64,000 bases of DNA. It comes from Candidatus Multivorans sp. GTDB lineage: Bacteria > Acidobacteriota > Thermoanaerobaculia > Multivoradales > Multivoraceae. The stretch is from contig OZ251997.1 of assembly GCA_965247095.1 (NCBI GenBank), positions 1,568,001-1,632,000 on the forward strand, given 5' to 3'. The notes beneath the pieces were generated by a model. It did not search any database. It had not been told where the DNA came from and saw nothing but the letters and a program-made list of their open reading frames with translations. Shown one piece after another: positions 30,001 through 38,515 of the stretch (its first letter is position 1; every line of letters starts with the position of its first letter). The position numbers and the translations under genes are program-made.

Positions 30001-30983
30001 GCGTCTACCGGAAACTGAAGAGAGACCGTTCCCTGACCGACCTCGCCCAGGAAGTGGACCAACAGTTCGGCGGCGTCGAGGCCGCGCGTCAGTTCATCGC
30101 GACACTCGAGGACGAGAGCGCACCGGCCGAAGATCGGCGGCGGGCCATCCAAGGCCTCGCCGGCCAGCAACATGAGGCCCTCGCCGAACGGCTCCCGGCC
30201 CTGCTGGACGAACCGGAGCTGCGGATCGCCGTGATCCGCGCGTTCGCCGCCTTCGATGGGGGCTGGGAACTGGGATTGCTGATGCGGGGACGCTACGACA
30301 CCTTCAACTCGGACGAGAAGCTCGCCGCTGTGCAGACGTTGTCGTCGCGCCCCATCTACGGCCGCGTGCTCACCGGAGCGATCAAGAGCGGGAGCATTCC
30401 CCGGCGCGACGTGCCGGCCTACGTCGCCCGCCAGCTCCACCGGGTCGTCGGCAGCGGCTTTCTCGAGGTCTGGGGACCGATCACCCGGGTCTCCAGCGAG
30501 AAGACCGCGGCCATCGCGAAGTACACGACGATCCTGGGCAACGACGCAATCGCGGGCGCCGACCCGAGCCACGGCGAGGCGATGTTCAACGAACTCTGCG
30601 GCGTCTGCCACCAGATGTTCGGAACGGGGGCTTTGATCGGTCCCGACCTCACGGGCTCCAACCGCACGGAACTCGACTACCTGCTGACGAACATCATCGA
30701 CCCCAGCGGCGACATCCAGGACGACTACCGGACGCTGATGGTGACGACCCGCGACGGCCGCACCTACTCCGGCACCGTCGCCGCCGAGAGCGACCGCGCG
30801 CTGACGCTGCGCGTCGTCGGCGAGGACGAGGTGGTCATCGCCCAGTCGGACATCCAGTCGCGCGACCTGTTCCCGCTCTCGATGATGCCCGAGGGTCTGC
30901 TCGATGGGTACGAGGACGCCGAGGTGCGGAACCTCGTGGCGTATCTCATGACCGCCGAAGAGGCCACGTCTCAGGGCCCCTAG
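27045..30983 (+). CDS. Lipoprotein: PmoA-like/DUF6807 domain + PVC-type beta-propeller dehydrogenase domain + HEAT repeats + CxxCH cytochrome c
   Basis: Lipobox GAGC; RPFLHP..HPHQTGLYWG; QPMAFAWDDRGRMWIAE, WGPDGWLY, GFSNPWG; CGVCH..IGPDLTG, SMMPEGL. Confidence 0.88.
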   Translation: MRVPAKSALALVVVLAALGAGCTQSTGADEAEAQESENVVPLRAVQDAETGSIAIYREGEEAPIVTQNAGAEHRPFLHPIAAPDGKGLATQYSPGHHPHQTGLYWGFTRVNGEPMDEDTLKQWFYRRDKPEDIARAVGRDYFHNPGGEYWRRESASLVTDSGPEVKWQTVYGMLDADGKAFMTETQNWTMRAEEDRFILDLEWAGEAHTDVSINEMSYGGMFLRMPWHKDIKGEAVNAARQRNAQAEGQRAMWVDVGMQVEGRDDFLHVAIFDHPMNAGFPQTWRVDGQLGVGPTRARMGDWHIPEGTTEVIRHRLVVYTGELNDLELTEDWQEYTGAAEGAYSTAALWGVAQQEALQEKFLTADEAVEAMTVRDGFKVNAWASEPMITQPMAFAWDDRGRMWIAENRDYETRGRGFSGAGDSRILILEDTDRDGEADSKKVFAEGIPFPAALAVGFDGVFVGAPPHLLYLPDRDGDDVAEMDDAEILLTGWGIRDRHETINSFHWGPDGWLYGLEGFATPSKIRKPGPDETIYGHNDPFPADLLEADGVDINGGVWRYHPTKKRFEVVAHGFSNPWGIDYDAKGQIFITACVIPHLFHVVPGGIYHRQGGSHFNPYVYGDIRTIVDHRHRSAHGGARVYLSDAFPEEHYGRLFMANIHEHAVLSDELEPKGSSFVARHGEDFLLANNKQWVGFSMEIGPDGDVYVLDWHDAEICGNDVKHKETGRIFRITPEQSQADNWEGRFDDIKAMSNGELVELQLSKSAWHARRARVVLQGRAAKGEVDASVHASLHEMFSSNPDKDLRLRAMWALHVTGGFTPDQLTDALDDPDAHVRAWAVQLLTEDHHAPAAAVGQFAAMADSDDSAVVRLYLAAALQRLEHDDRWPIAEGLVKHGEDADDHNIPKMIWFGIEPLVAEDPERALELARNSEIPMLTENIGRRLVDAHRLETLVTSLGDSSDARKDLLKGMRAGLEGQFEVERPDNWAGVYRKLKRDRSLTDLAQEVDQQFGGVEAARQFIATLEDESAPAEDRRRAIQGLAGQQHEALAERLPALLDEPELRIAVIRAFAAFDGGWELGLLMRGRYDTFNSDEKLAAVQTLSSRPIYGRVLTGAIKSGSIPRRDVPAYVARQLHRVVGSGFLEVWGPITRVSSEKTAAIAKYTTILGNDAIAGADPSHGEAMFNELCGVCHQMFGTGALIGPDLTGSNRTELDYLLTNIIDPSGDIQDDYRTLMVTTRDGRTYSGTVAAESDRALTLRVVGEDEVVIAQSDIQSRDLFPLSMMPEGLLDGYEDAEVRNLVAYLMTAEEATSQGP

Positions 30984-31006
30984 GGACGCCCTGAGGACAC
31001 GGAGAA

Positions 31007-32119
31007 ATGACGAACGTCGCCATGATCGGCCTCGGCTTCGGCGCCGAGTTCATCCCCATCTACCAGGCTCACCCGAACGCCAACGTCCACGCGATCTGCC
31101 GGCGCGACGAGGCGGAGCTTCACCGCGTCGGCGACCAGTTCGGCATCGACAGGCGCTACACGGACTACGACGACGTGCTCGCCGACTCGGGAGTCGACTT
31201 CGTCCACATCAACACGCCGATCCCGGACCACGCCTGGATGTCCCTGGCCGCTCTCGACGCGGGCAAGCACGTCATGTGCACCGTGCCCATGGCGACCACG
31301 ATCGACGACTGCCGGAAGATCGTCCAGAAGGTCGAGGAGACGGGCCTCAGGTACATGATGGCCGAGACCGTCGTCTACAGCCGGGAGTTCCTGTTCATCA
31401 AGGAGCTCTACGAGAAGGGCGAACTGGGCGAGATCCAGCACCTCGCGGCCTCCCATCCGCAGGACATGGACGGCTGGCCGTCGTACTGGGAGCGGATGAT
31501 CCCGATGCACTACGCGACCCACGTCGTGAGCCCCTGCCTCGGGCTGGTTGACGGCCTGGCCGAGTACGTGAGCTGCTTCGGCTCAGGCAGGGTGCGCGAC
31601 GACATCGCCGCGAAGTCCGGCAACCGCTTCGCCGTCGAGACCTGCCACATCAAGGTCAAGGACCGCGAGCTTGTGGCCCACACCTGGCGGTTCCTCTACG
31701 ACGTGGCACGCCAGTACCGCGAGAGCTTCGACGTCTACGGCACGAAGAAGAGCTTCGAGTGGACGCTCGTCGAGGACGAACTCCACGTTCTCCATACCGC
31801 GAAGAAGCCTGAGCCCGAGATCCCGGAGAAGATCGAAGTACCCGACTACGCGCACCTGCTGCCGGAAGAGGTCCGGAAGTTCACGCTGCCGCAGGAGATC
31901 CAGGACGCAGAGCACCTCTCGTTCATCCAGGGCGGCGGCCACGGCGGCTCGCACCCCCACCTCGCGAACGAGTTCCTGAGCGCGCTGCGCGAAGACCGGG
32001 ATCCGAGGCCGAACGCCGTCACGAGCGCGAACTGGACGTGCGTCGGCATCTGCGCCCACGAATCCGCGACGAAGGGCGGCGAGATCATTCCTCTACCCGA
32101 ATTCACCCTCACCACCTGA
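31007..32119 (+). CDS. Gfo/Idh/MocA family oxidoreductase
   Basis: IGLGFG, DFVHINTP..H, GKHVMCTVP, YMMAET, GGGHGGSH. Confidence 0.9.
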   Translation: MTNVAMIGLGFGAEFIPIYQAHPNANVHAICRRDEAELHRVGDQFGIDRRYTDYDDVLADSGVDFVHINTPIPDHAWMSLAALDAGKHVMCTVPMATTIDDCRKIVQKVEETGLRYMMAETVVYSREFLFIKELYEKGELGEIQHLAASHPQDMDGWPSYWERMIPMHYATHVVSPCLGLVDGLAEYVSCFGSGRVRDDIAAKSGNRFAVETCHIKVKDRELVAHTWRFLYDVARQYRESFDVYGTKKSFEWTLVEDELHVLHTAKKPEPEIPEKIEVPDYAHLLPEEVRKFTLPQEIQDAEHLSFIQGGGHGGSHPHLANEFLSALREDRDPRPNAVTSANWTCVGICAHESATKGGEIIPLPEFTLTT

Positions 32120-32162
32120 CGCGTCCCGACTTCCACTTCCACTCCGACTGCCCAGAGGGCCC

Positions 32163-33596
32163 ATGAACAACACGAAACTTCTGATCGCGAGTTTCCTGAC
32201 CATCTTCGTTGCCGGACTCGGCTTCGCCGTCCGCGGCGGGCTCCTCCTCGAGTGGGGAAAGGAGTTCGGCTTCACGCAAACGGAGCTCGGACAGATCACG
32301 GGGGGCGGCTTCGTCGGGTTCGGCATCGTGATCCTCATCGCGAGCCTCTTCCTCGATCGCTTCGGCTACAAGCCGTTCCTCATGCTCGCGGGCGCCCTCC
32401 ACGTGGTGTCGGTCATCGTGACCGTGGCCGCGACGTTCGTGTACAGCGGCGCCATCGCGACCGACCCGGAAGCGGCACGCGCCGGCGCCTACTTCTGCCT
32501 GTTCTGGGGGATCTTCATCTTCGCGATCGCGAACGGCATCTGTGAGGCCGTCGTCAACCCGCTGGTCGCCACCCTCTACCGCAAGCAGAAGACGCACTAC
32601 CTGAACATCCTGCACGCCGGATGGCCGGGCGGCATGATCGCCGGGGCCCTCCTGGGCGTCGTCCTCATCGGCCGGGTGCACTGGGAGATCGTCCTCGCCC
32701 TCTATCTCGTCCCGGCGCTCATCTACATCCTGATGATCGTCAAGGAGAAGTTCCCGCAGTCCGAGGCGACGGCCGCCGGCGTCAAGTTCGGCGACATGGT
32801 CAAGGAGTTCGCGGCGCCCATGCTGCTCTTCCTCCTCGTCCTCCACGTCTGCATCGGCTACGTCGAGCTCGGAACCGACAGTTGGATCGTCAACATCATG
32901 GACACCGTGCTCGGAGGAAAGGGGCTGTTCATCCTCCTCTACACCTCCATCCTGATGTTCGTCCTGCGCTTCTTCGCCGGGCCCATCGTCCAACGGATCA
33001 ATCCGTTGGGGCTCCTCTTCTCGAGCGCCGTCCTCGCCACGATCGGCCTCTATGCGCTCGGCTCCTTCGCCGCCGCCGCCGCCGTCATGGTGGCCGCAAC
33101 CATCTACGGCGTCGGCAAGACCTTCTTCTGGCCGACGATGCTGGGTGTCGTTTCCGAGCGCTTCCCCAAGGGAGGCGCGCTCACCCTGGGCGCGGTCGGC
33201 GGCGTCGGCATGCTCTCGGCCGGCCTTCTCGGCGGCCCCGGCATCGGCTACCTGCAGGACAGCTACGCCTCCCAGGATCTCCGGGAGAGCGCCCCCGCCG
33301 TCTACGAGGAGTACAAGGCCGAGGGCTCGAACCGGTTCCTGTTCTTCCCCGCCGTGCAGGGGTTGGACGGTTCCAAGTCCGGCCCGGTCATGGAGAAGGC
33401 CAAGGACTTCAGTATCACCCTGCCCCCCGACGAGCAGGCCGTGCGCGACGCGTCGTTCTACGGCGGCCAGAGCGCCTTGAAGGCCACCGCACTCGTCCCG
33501 GCGTTCATGGCGCTCGGCTTCCTCTTCCTGCTCCTCCACTTCCGGCGGACCGGCGGCTACAAGCAGATCGTCCTGCCGTCGTCTGACGACGGCTGA
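32163..33596 (+). CDS. MFS transporter (sugar permease-like)
   Basis: About 12 hydrophobic helices; LDRFGYK, EAVVNPLVATLY, LHAGWPGG. Confidence 0.9.
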   Translation: MNNTKLLIASFLTIFVAGLGFAVRGGLLLEWGKEFGFTQTELGQITGGGFVGFGIVILIASLFLDRFGYKPFLMLAGALHVVSVIVTVAATFVYSGAIATDPEAARAGAYFCLFWGIFIFAIANGICEAVVNPLVATLYRKQKTHYLNILHAGWPGGMIAGALLGVVLIGRVHWEIVLALYLVPALIYILMIVKEKFPQSEATAAGVKFGDMVKEFAAPMLLFLLVLHVCIGYVELGTDSWIVNIMDTVLGGKGLFILLYTSILMFVLRFFAGPIVQRINPLGLLFSSAVLATIGLYALGSFAAAAAVMVAATIYGVGKTFFWPTMLGVVSERFPKGGALTLGAVGGVGMLSAGLLGGPGIGYLQDSYASQDLRESAPAVYEEYKAEGSNRFLFFPAVQGLDGSKSGPVMEKAKDFSITLPPDEQAVRDASFYGGQSALKATALVPAFMALGFLFLLLHFRRTGGYKQIVLPSSDDG

Positions 33597-33615
33597 GTAG
33601 GGAACTGGCCGCTCA

Positions 33616-33670
33616 CTGGGTGCGCCGGCGTCCCCGCCGGCTTTCGAGAGAAACGCGCCGCGAAGCGGCG
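33616..33670 (+). repeat. REP-like double hairpin, CTGGG family
   Basis: CTGGGTGC-GCCGGCG(TCCC)CGCCGGC...CGCCGC(GAA)GCGGCG. Confidence 0.6.
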
Positions 33671-33696
33671 ACGATACTGCGCGCTGGCGGCGAGGA

Positions 33697-34407
33697 TTGA
33701 GGAGAATCTTGAGACAGACCAAGGGCATCCTGTTCGATGCGGGGGACACGCTCGTCAGACCCAAGGCCGGCGAGTGGTTTCCGAAACAGCACTTCGTTGA
33801 CGCTTTTCGGGCTCGAGGCGTCACCGACGCGAACATGGACCGTTTCAAGGAAGCGCTGAACATCGGTCTCCGCTATCTCAATGAACACCACGCGTTGGCC
33901 GTTACCGAACAGGCGGAGCGCGATCAGTTCCATACCGCCTACGGGCTGATTCTCCGAGCACTCGGTGTCTCATGTCCGACGGAAGATCTTGTCGCCGACG
34001 TTCTCCGGCCGTTCGACGAAGACGTAGGCATGGAGCCCTTTCCGGACACCGTGCGAGCGCTGCGACAGTTCCAGCGCGCCGGTCTCAAAATGGGAGTCGT
34101 GTCCGACAATTGGCCCTCGCTGGACAGGAGGTTCCGCACCTTGGGCCTCCGAGGCTACTTCGATGCCTTCGTCATCTCGGCCCTGGTCGGAAGCAGCAAA
34201 CCGTGCGAGCGCATCTACCGGGCGGCGGTGGAAGAGATTGGCATTCCGCCCGAGCACTTGGTGTTCGTCGACGATCGACCGGTGAACGTGGCGGCCGCCG
34301 TCAGGCTCGGCATGAAGGGAATCGTCATCACCCGATACGGCAAGGCACCGGATACGGACCTGCCTGTGGTGACGGACCTCGACGGTTTGGCCGCGATCGT
34401 GATCTAA
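33697..34407 (+). CDS. HAD-superfamily hydrolase (subfamily IA)
   Basis: LFDAGDTL, VVSDN, KP..RIY, FVDD..NV. Confidence 0.88.
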   Translation: MRRILRQTKGILFDAGDTLVRPKAGEWFPKQHFVDAFRARGVTDANMDRFKEALNIGLRYLNEHHALAVTEQAERDQFHTAYGLILRALGVSCPTEDLVADVLRPFDEDVGMEPFPDTVRALRQFQRAGLKMGVVSDNWPSLDRRFRTLGLRGYFDAFVISALVGSSKPCERIYRAAVEEIGIPPEHLVFVDDRPVNVAAAVRLGMKGIVITRYGKAPDTDLPVVTDLDGLAAIVI

Positions 34408-34817
34408 GAGCCGTTCGCTGAAGGCTCCGACAGAAGATCGACTACGGAAATTCCCATGGCGCCGGCGGCTGCGGCCATCCGCTGGTCGTACGTCGCGAGT
34501 TCAATTCTCCGCTGCTGCCGAAAGAGGTAGGAGAGTGTAGCGAGGTGCAGGGCATCGAGCGTCCGGAGCGGAACGGGAAACGGTTCGAGGGCCCGTTCGA
34601 GCGCAATCGGCCACAGATCGACCATCCCGACACCCTGGAGAAGCTCCCGAGCCTGTTCTCTAAGGGACTCGGCGCGGAAGCGCGAGTGGAGCACGACCCA
34701 TACCTCGTACTCAAGCAGCCGGCTCGAAACGATGTCGCCCTCCCAGAGATGCTCCGGAGGGCGCCGCACCTCGGCGAAGAGATGCGCCAGCAAGACCGAA
34801 CTGTCGACGTAGATCAA
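34404..34817 (-). CDS. vapC: PIN-domain (VapC) toxin
   Basis: MIYVDSSVL, E at LLEYE, LRTLDALHLAT, LATYD. Confidence 0.9.
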   Translation of the reverse strand: MIYVDSSVLLAHLFAEVRRPPEHLWEGDIVSSRLLEYEVWVVLHSRFRAESLREQARELLQGVGMVDLWPIALERALEPFPVPLRTLDALHLATLSYLFRQQRRIELATYDQRMAAAAGAMGISVVDLLSEPSANGS

Positions 34818-35110
34818 ACCCGGTCGCTTCTCACCTCGTCCAGGAGCTCCATGAGTTCCTTGAGGCTCATGATCGGCGGAGGCTTGGGCGGCGGACCCGA
34901 GAACGGCTTGAGAGGTGGCGTCAGGATGCCCTCCCGCACCATGGAGGCGAGCTTCGCGTCGGCCAGCATCGGGCTCCGTTCGGGCCGCGGCGGACCGAGT
35001 TCGGCTACGACGCGGTCACGGTTCGTGACCAGCACGGTCTCTCCCGCGGCAGCGATGCGGACGTACTCGCTGAGCTTGCTGTTCAGCGTCTTGAGGCCTA
35101 CGGATCTCAT
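34814..35110 (-). CDS. Phd/YefM-family antitoxin
   Basis: MRSVGLKTLNSKLSEYVRIAAAGETVLVTNRDRVVAEL; overlaps the toxin start. Confidence 0.88.
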   Translation of the reverse strand: MRSVGLKTLNSKLSEYVRIAAAGETVLVTNRDRVVAELGPPRPERSPMLADAKLASMVREGILTPPLKPFSGPPPKPPPIMSLKELMELLDEVRSDRV

Positions 35111-35146
35111 GAACTGAAAGTAGCTACTTGTAGCTGCTCTCGTCAA
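35111..35146 (-). promoter_or_regulatory. Promoter with overlapping operator palindrome, leaderless spacing
   Basis: TTGACG-18nt-TACTTT-6nt-ATG; perfect palindrome AAGTAGCTACTT at 35118-35129. Confidence 0.65.
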
Positions 35147-35207
35147 GGCCTCCAACAGATGGCCCCCTGGTGCCGGCCAGCGCCGCGGCTGCGGCCGAGT
35201 CTCCGGC

Positions 35208-35678
35208 CTACTGCGACGCCGCCTGGTACAGCTCGATCTCGTACCCGTCCGGATCGTTGAAGAACACGATCGTCGGCGGGTTGTCGCCGGGAATCGTGAC
35301 GAACCGTGTCTTCGAGCCCGCGGCCTCGGCCCGCTTGGCCAGCGCCTTGGCGTGGGCGGTATTCACGACGATCCGGCCGTACCTGCTCTTCCCCTCCGGC
35401 AGGGGATCGTCGTTCAGGCGCGCCAGAATCAGGCCCGCTCCACCGCCACCGGGCGCAGCCAGGCCGATCTCGATCGGGTCGTTCCCATCGGGCGGATACG
35501 TCCAGGCGCGCTTGAACCCCAGCACCTCGCCGTAGTACTTCTCGGACCGCTCGAGATCTGCCACGTTGATGGCTACCTGCCCCAACACGGCGTCCGACTT
35601 GTCGTCTCCGGCCGCCAGGGGGGCCGCCACGCACACGAACATCGCTACCACCAAGGCCCGCACCGTCCACTTCGACAC
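35208..35678 (-). CDS. VOC/glyoxalase family protein with signal peptide
   Basis: AAGGAG SD; QVAINVADLERSEKYYGEVLGF..FFNDPDGYEIEL. Confidence 0.85.
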   Translation of the reverse strand: MSKWTVRALVVAMFVCVAAPLAAGDDKSDAVLGQVAINVADLERSEKYYGEVLGFKRAWTYPPDGNDPIEIGLAAPGGGGAGLILARLNDDPLPEGKSRYGRIVVNTAHAKALAKRAEAAGSKTRFVTIPGDNPPTIVFFNDPDGYEIELYQAASQ

Positions 35679-35752
35679 CACAAGCTCCTTCCAAGCACCG
35701 ATCTCACTGCAAAAAGAAGGGCGTGAGCATACCCCGCCCCGTCCGCGTTGCA

Positions 35753-36310
35753 TCAGAGACCGCCGGTCAGCTCGTGGAGCTTCAGCACCGTCTTCCAGTT
35801 CCGCGCGGTCATGGTCACCGACAGCTTCGACTCGAAGTACCGAGTGGTGAGTTTCGTGCGCGCAATCCCTTGCGGGCAATAGGAGTACACCTCCCGACCG
35901 ACCACGGCGAACTCGTCGGGCGGCGAGCGGTCGGGGTCGAGCGCGTCGACGGCCGCAGCCTCCGGCTGGTCCGCCAGGAATCCGACGTGCAGTTGGCCCA
36001 ATTGGCCGACCTCGGCGGCGACTCCCGGGAACGGGTTCGCCAGGATGATCGCCGCAAGCTCGGCGGCCGTTCGAGTCAGCACGGGCACCCGGTAGCCGAA
36101 CCGCGCCGCGATCGCTTCACCGATGAGATCGGGCACCCGGCGGGCCAACGCCGGCGCCGCCTGAAAGACGACGTTGCCGCTCTGGATGTACGTCCGCACC
36201 TCGTCACACCCCGCCTCCGAGAACATCGCAGAGAGGTCCCTCATCAGCAGCTTGTTCTTGCCGCCGACGTTGATTCCGCGCAGCAGGGCAACGTGAATGC
36301 CGGTCGTCAT
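35753..36310 (-). CDS. DUF1697 domain protein
   Basis: VALLRGINVGGKNK, VRTYIQSGNVVF, TARNWKTV. Confidence 0.92.
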   Translation of the reverse strand: MTTGIHVALLRGINVGGKNKLLMRDLSAMFSEAGCDEVRTYIQSGNVVFQAAPALARRVPDLIGEAIAARFGYRVPVLTRTAAELAAIILANPFPGVAAEVGQLGQLHVGFLADQPEAAAVDALDPDRSPPDEFAVVGREVYSYCPQGIARTKLTTRYFESKLSVTMTARNWKTVLKLHELTGGL

Positions 36311-36344
36311 CTCAGTCGCCGCGCGGCTGTTCGGCATCGTTGTC

Positions 36345-36390
36345 GACCTGGGAACGCGGGCGTCTCGCCCGCATCGGGAGCGAAGCGACG
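36345..36390 (+). repeat. REP-like hairpin, CTGGG family
   Basis: GACCTGGGAAC-GCGGGCG(TCT)CGCCCGC-ATC; second hairpin degenerate. Confidence 0.75.
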
Positions 36391-36419
36391 GTCGAGAACG
36401 CTGCCGGCTCCCCTACTCC

Positions 36420-37454
36420 TCAGGGATTCGCGGCGATGAACTCGTTGATGATGCGGGCGAGCTCTTCGCCGTGGCTCTCCTGGATGAAGTGGCCCGCGCC
36501 TTCGACCGTCACATGAGGCTGACCCTGGGCGCCGGGAACCCGTCGCTGGAACTGTCGCTCGCCGCCGCGTGATACCGGGTCGCTGTCGCCGTAGGCGGTC
36601 AGGAGCGGCTTCTCCCAACGTTCGAACACTTCCCAGGCTTGACGGTTCGCGTCGTTGGCCGGGTCATCGGCGAAGACCGGCACCCGCTGCGGCATGATCA
36701 GCGCCCCGGCCTTGTAGCTGGGCTCGGGGAAGGGCGCATCGTAGGCGGCCGTGAGCGACGGATCGCCGGTGTTGGTCGCCACCATGCGGCCGGTGGGGAT
36801 GTCGCCGCGATCGACCATCGCCTGGTTGGTGAGCTTCCAACGGATGAAGGCGCTGTCTTCGGGTAAGTCCTCAGGGCCGGCCGCTCCGCCCACCGGCAGA
36901 CCGGTGTTCGACACGACGACGCGCGCGAAGCGCTCCTCGTTCTCCGCGACCACCCGCAGGCCGATCAGGCCCCCCCAGTCCTGGCCGAAGAAGGTCGCCT
37001 GTTGCAGGTCGAGCGCCGCAACGAACTCCGTCATCGCGTCGACGTGGAACTTGTACGTGTGGGTGTCCATGCTCGCCGGCTTGTCCGACCGCCCGAAGCC
37101 GATGAGGTCAGGCACGATGCAGCGATGGCCGGCCGCGACCAGGACCGGGATCATCTTCCGAAAGAGGTACGACCAGGTCGGCTCTCCGTGGATCAGCAGA
37201 ATCGGTTCGCCGTCGGCGGGTCCCTCGTCGAGGTAGTGGACGCGGTAGCCCTGAATCTCGACGTAGTTGGGCGCGAAGTCGAAGCCCGGCAGGTTCTCGA
37301 AGCGATCGTCGGGCGTGCGGTACACGCCGGGGCGAATCTCCTCGGACTGGGCGGGGGCCGCCGTGATCACCAAGGCCAGAGCGGCAATGGCAACGACGGC
37401 AGCGCCGGCTCCAAGGCTCGCCTTCGCGACCAAGTCTCGTCGTGAGCGCGTCAT
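36420..37454 (-). CDS. Haloalkane dehalogenase with Tat-like signal peptide
   Basis: RTPDDRFENLP, HGEPTWSY, PDLIGFGRSDKP, QDWGG, AYDAPFP, GAGHFIQE; N-terminal SRRDLV plus hydrophobic stretch. Confidence 0.9.
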   Translation of the reverse strand: MTRSRRDLVAKASLGAGAAVVAIAALALVITAAPAQSEEIRPGVYRTPDDRFENLPGFDFAPNYVEIQGYRVHYLDEGPADGEPILLIHGEPTWSYLFRKMIPVLVAAGHRCIVPDLIGFGRSDKPASMDTHTYKFHVDAMTEFVAALDLQQATFFGQDWGGLIGLRVVAENEERFARVVVSNTGLPVGGAAGPEDLPEDSAFIRWKLTNQAMVDRGDIPTGRMVATNTGDPSLTAAYDAPFPEPSYKAGALIMPQRVPVFADDPANDANRQAWEVFERWEKPLLTAYGDSDPVSRGGERQFQRRVPGAQGQPHVTVEGAGHFIQESHGEELARIINEFIAANP

Positions 37455-37567
37455 CTCGCGTCCTCCTTACAGGCCGTCTTCAGCTTGTGGAAATCTGCGC
37501 TCGACTCTATAGGGCGGCCCGCGATGACGTATCCTCTCGCCTGCCCCGCGAACGGAGCTGAGCCCAC

Positions 37568-38515
37568 ATGACCCAGAACGGAACCGCTGTACGCCTCTCC
37601 GGCGTGCACAAGACGTTCGGCGCCCACACCGCGGTCTCCGACTTCGACCTGGAGATCGAGCCCGGCGCCATCTACGGCCTGCTGGGCCCCAACGGCTCGG
37701 GCAAGACGACCACGATCCGCATGATCATGGGCATCCTCCTGCCCGACAGCGGCGCGGTGGAGCTGTTCGGCGGCGTTCCCAACTTCGCCCGGCGCAGCCG
37801 CGTCGGCTACCTGCCCGAGGAGCGCGGCGTCTACGAGAAGATGAAGGTGCTCGACCAGCTCATCTTCTTCGGCGAGATCCGCGGCGTCGCGCGGGCGCTG
37901 GCCCGCACCCGCGCCGAGGGGTGGCTGGAGCGTCTGGGCCTCAGCGAGTGGGCATCCAAGAAGGTGCAGGCCCTGTCCAAGGGGATGCAGCAGAAGGTCC
38001 AGTTCATCAGCACGGTGCTCCACGACCCGGAACTCCTGATTCTGGACGAGCCCTTCAGCGGCCTCGACCCCATCAACCAGGACGTGCTGGAGCAGATCGT
38101 CCGCGAGGAGCAGGAACGCGGGAAGACGATCCTGTTCTCGACCCACCTCATGGACCAGGCCGAGCGGCTGTGCGAGCGCGTCTGCCTCATCTCGCGGTCC
38201 CGCAAGGTGCTCGACGGCAACCTGAAGCAGTTGAAGCGGAACGAACGATCGGGCGTCGTTGCCGTCGAGTTCGAGGGCGAGGCGCCCCAGATCGAGTGGC
38301 CGGGCGTGTCGGCGGTCGAGCAGGTCGGCGACGCGCTCCACCTGACCCTGAGCGAAGGGGCGCGTACCGACGAGATCCTGGCCGCGGTGGTGGCTGCGGG
38401 GGTCAGCCTACGGAGGTTCGAGCTGCTCGAGCCCCGCCTGCACGAGATCTTCGTCCGCCACGCCGGCGACCCCGGCGACGACGATGCCCCGGCGCCGATG
38501 GGAGGTGCGTCGTGA
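37568..38515 (+). CDS. ABC transporter ATP-binding protein (NatA/YhaQ-like)
   Basis: GPNGSGKTT, GYLPEERG, LSKGMQQ, ILDEPFSGLDP, STH. Confidence 0.93.
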   Translation: MTQNGTAVRLSGVHKTFGAHTAVSDFDLEIEPGAIYGLLGPNGSGKTTTIRMIMGILLPDSGAVELFGGVPNFARRSRVGYLPEERGVYEKMKVLDQLIFFGEIRGVARALARTRAEGWLERLGLSEWASKKVQALSKGMQQKVQFISTVLHDPELLILDEPFSGLDPINQDVLEQIVREEQERGKTILFSTHLMDQAERLCERVCLISRSRKVLDGNLKQLKRNERSGVVAVEFEGEAPQIEWPGVSAVEQVGDALHLTLSEGARTDEILAAVVAAGVSLRRFELLEPRLHEIFVRHAGDPGDDDAPAPMGGAS

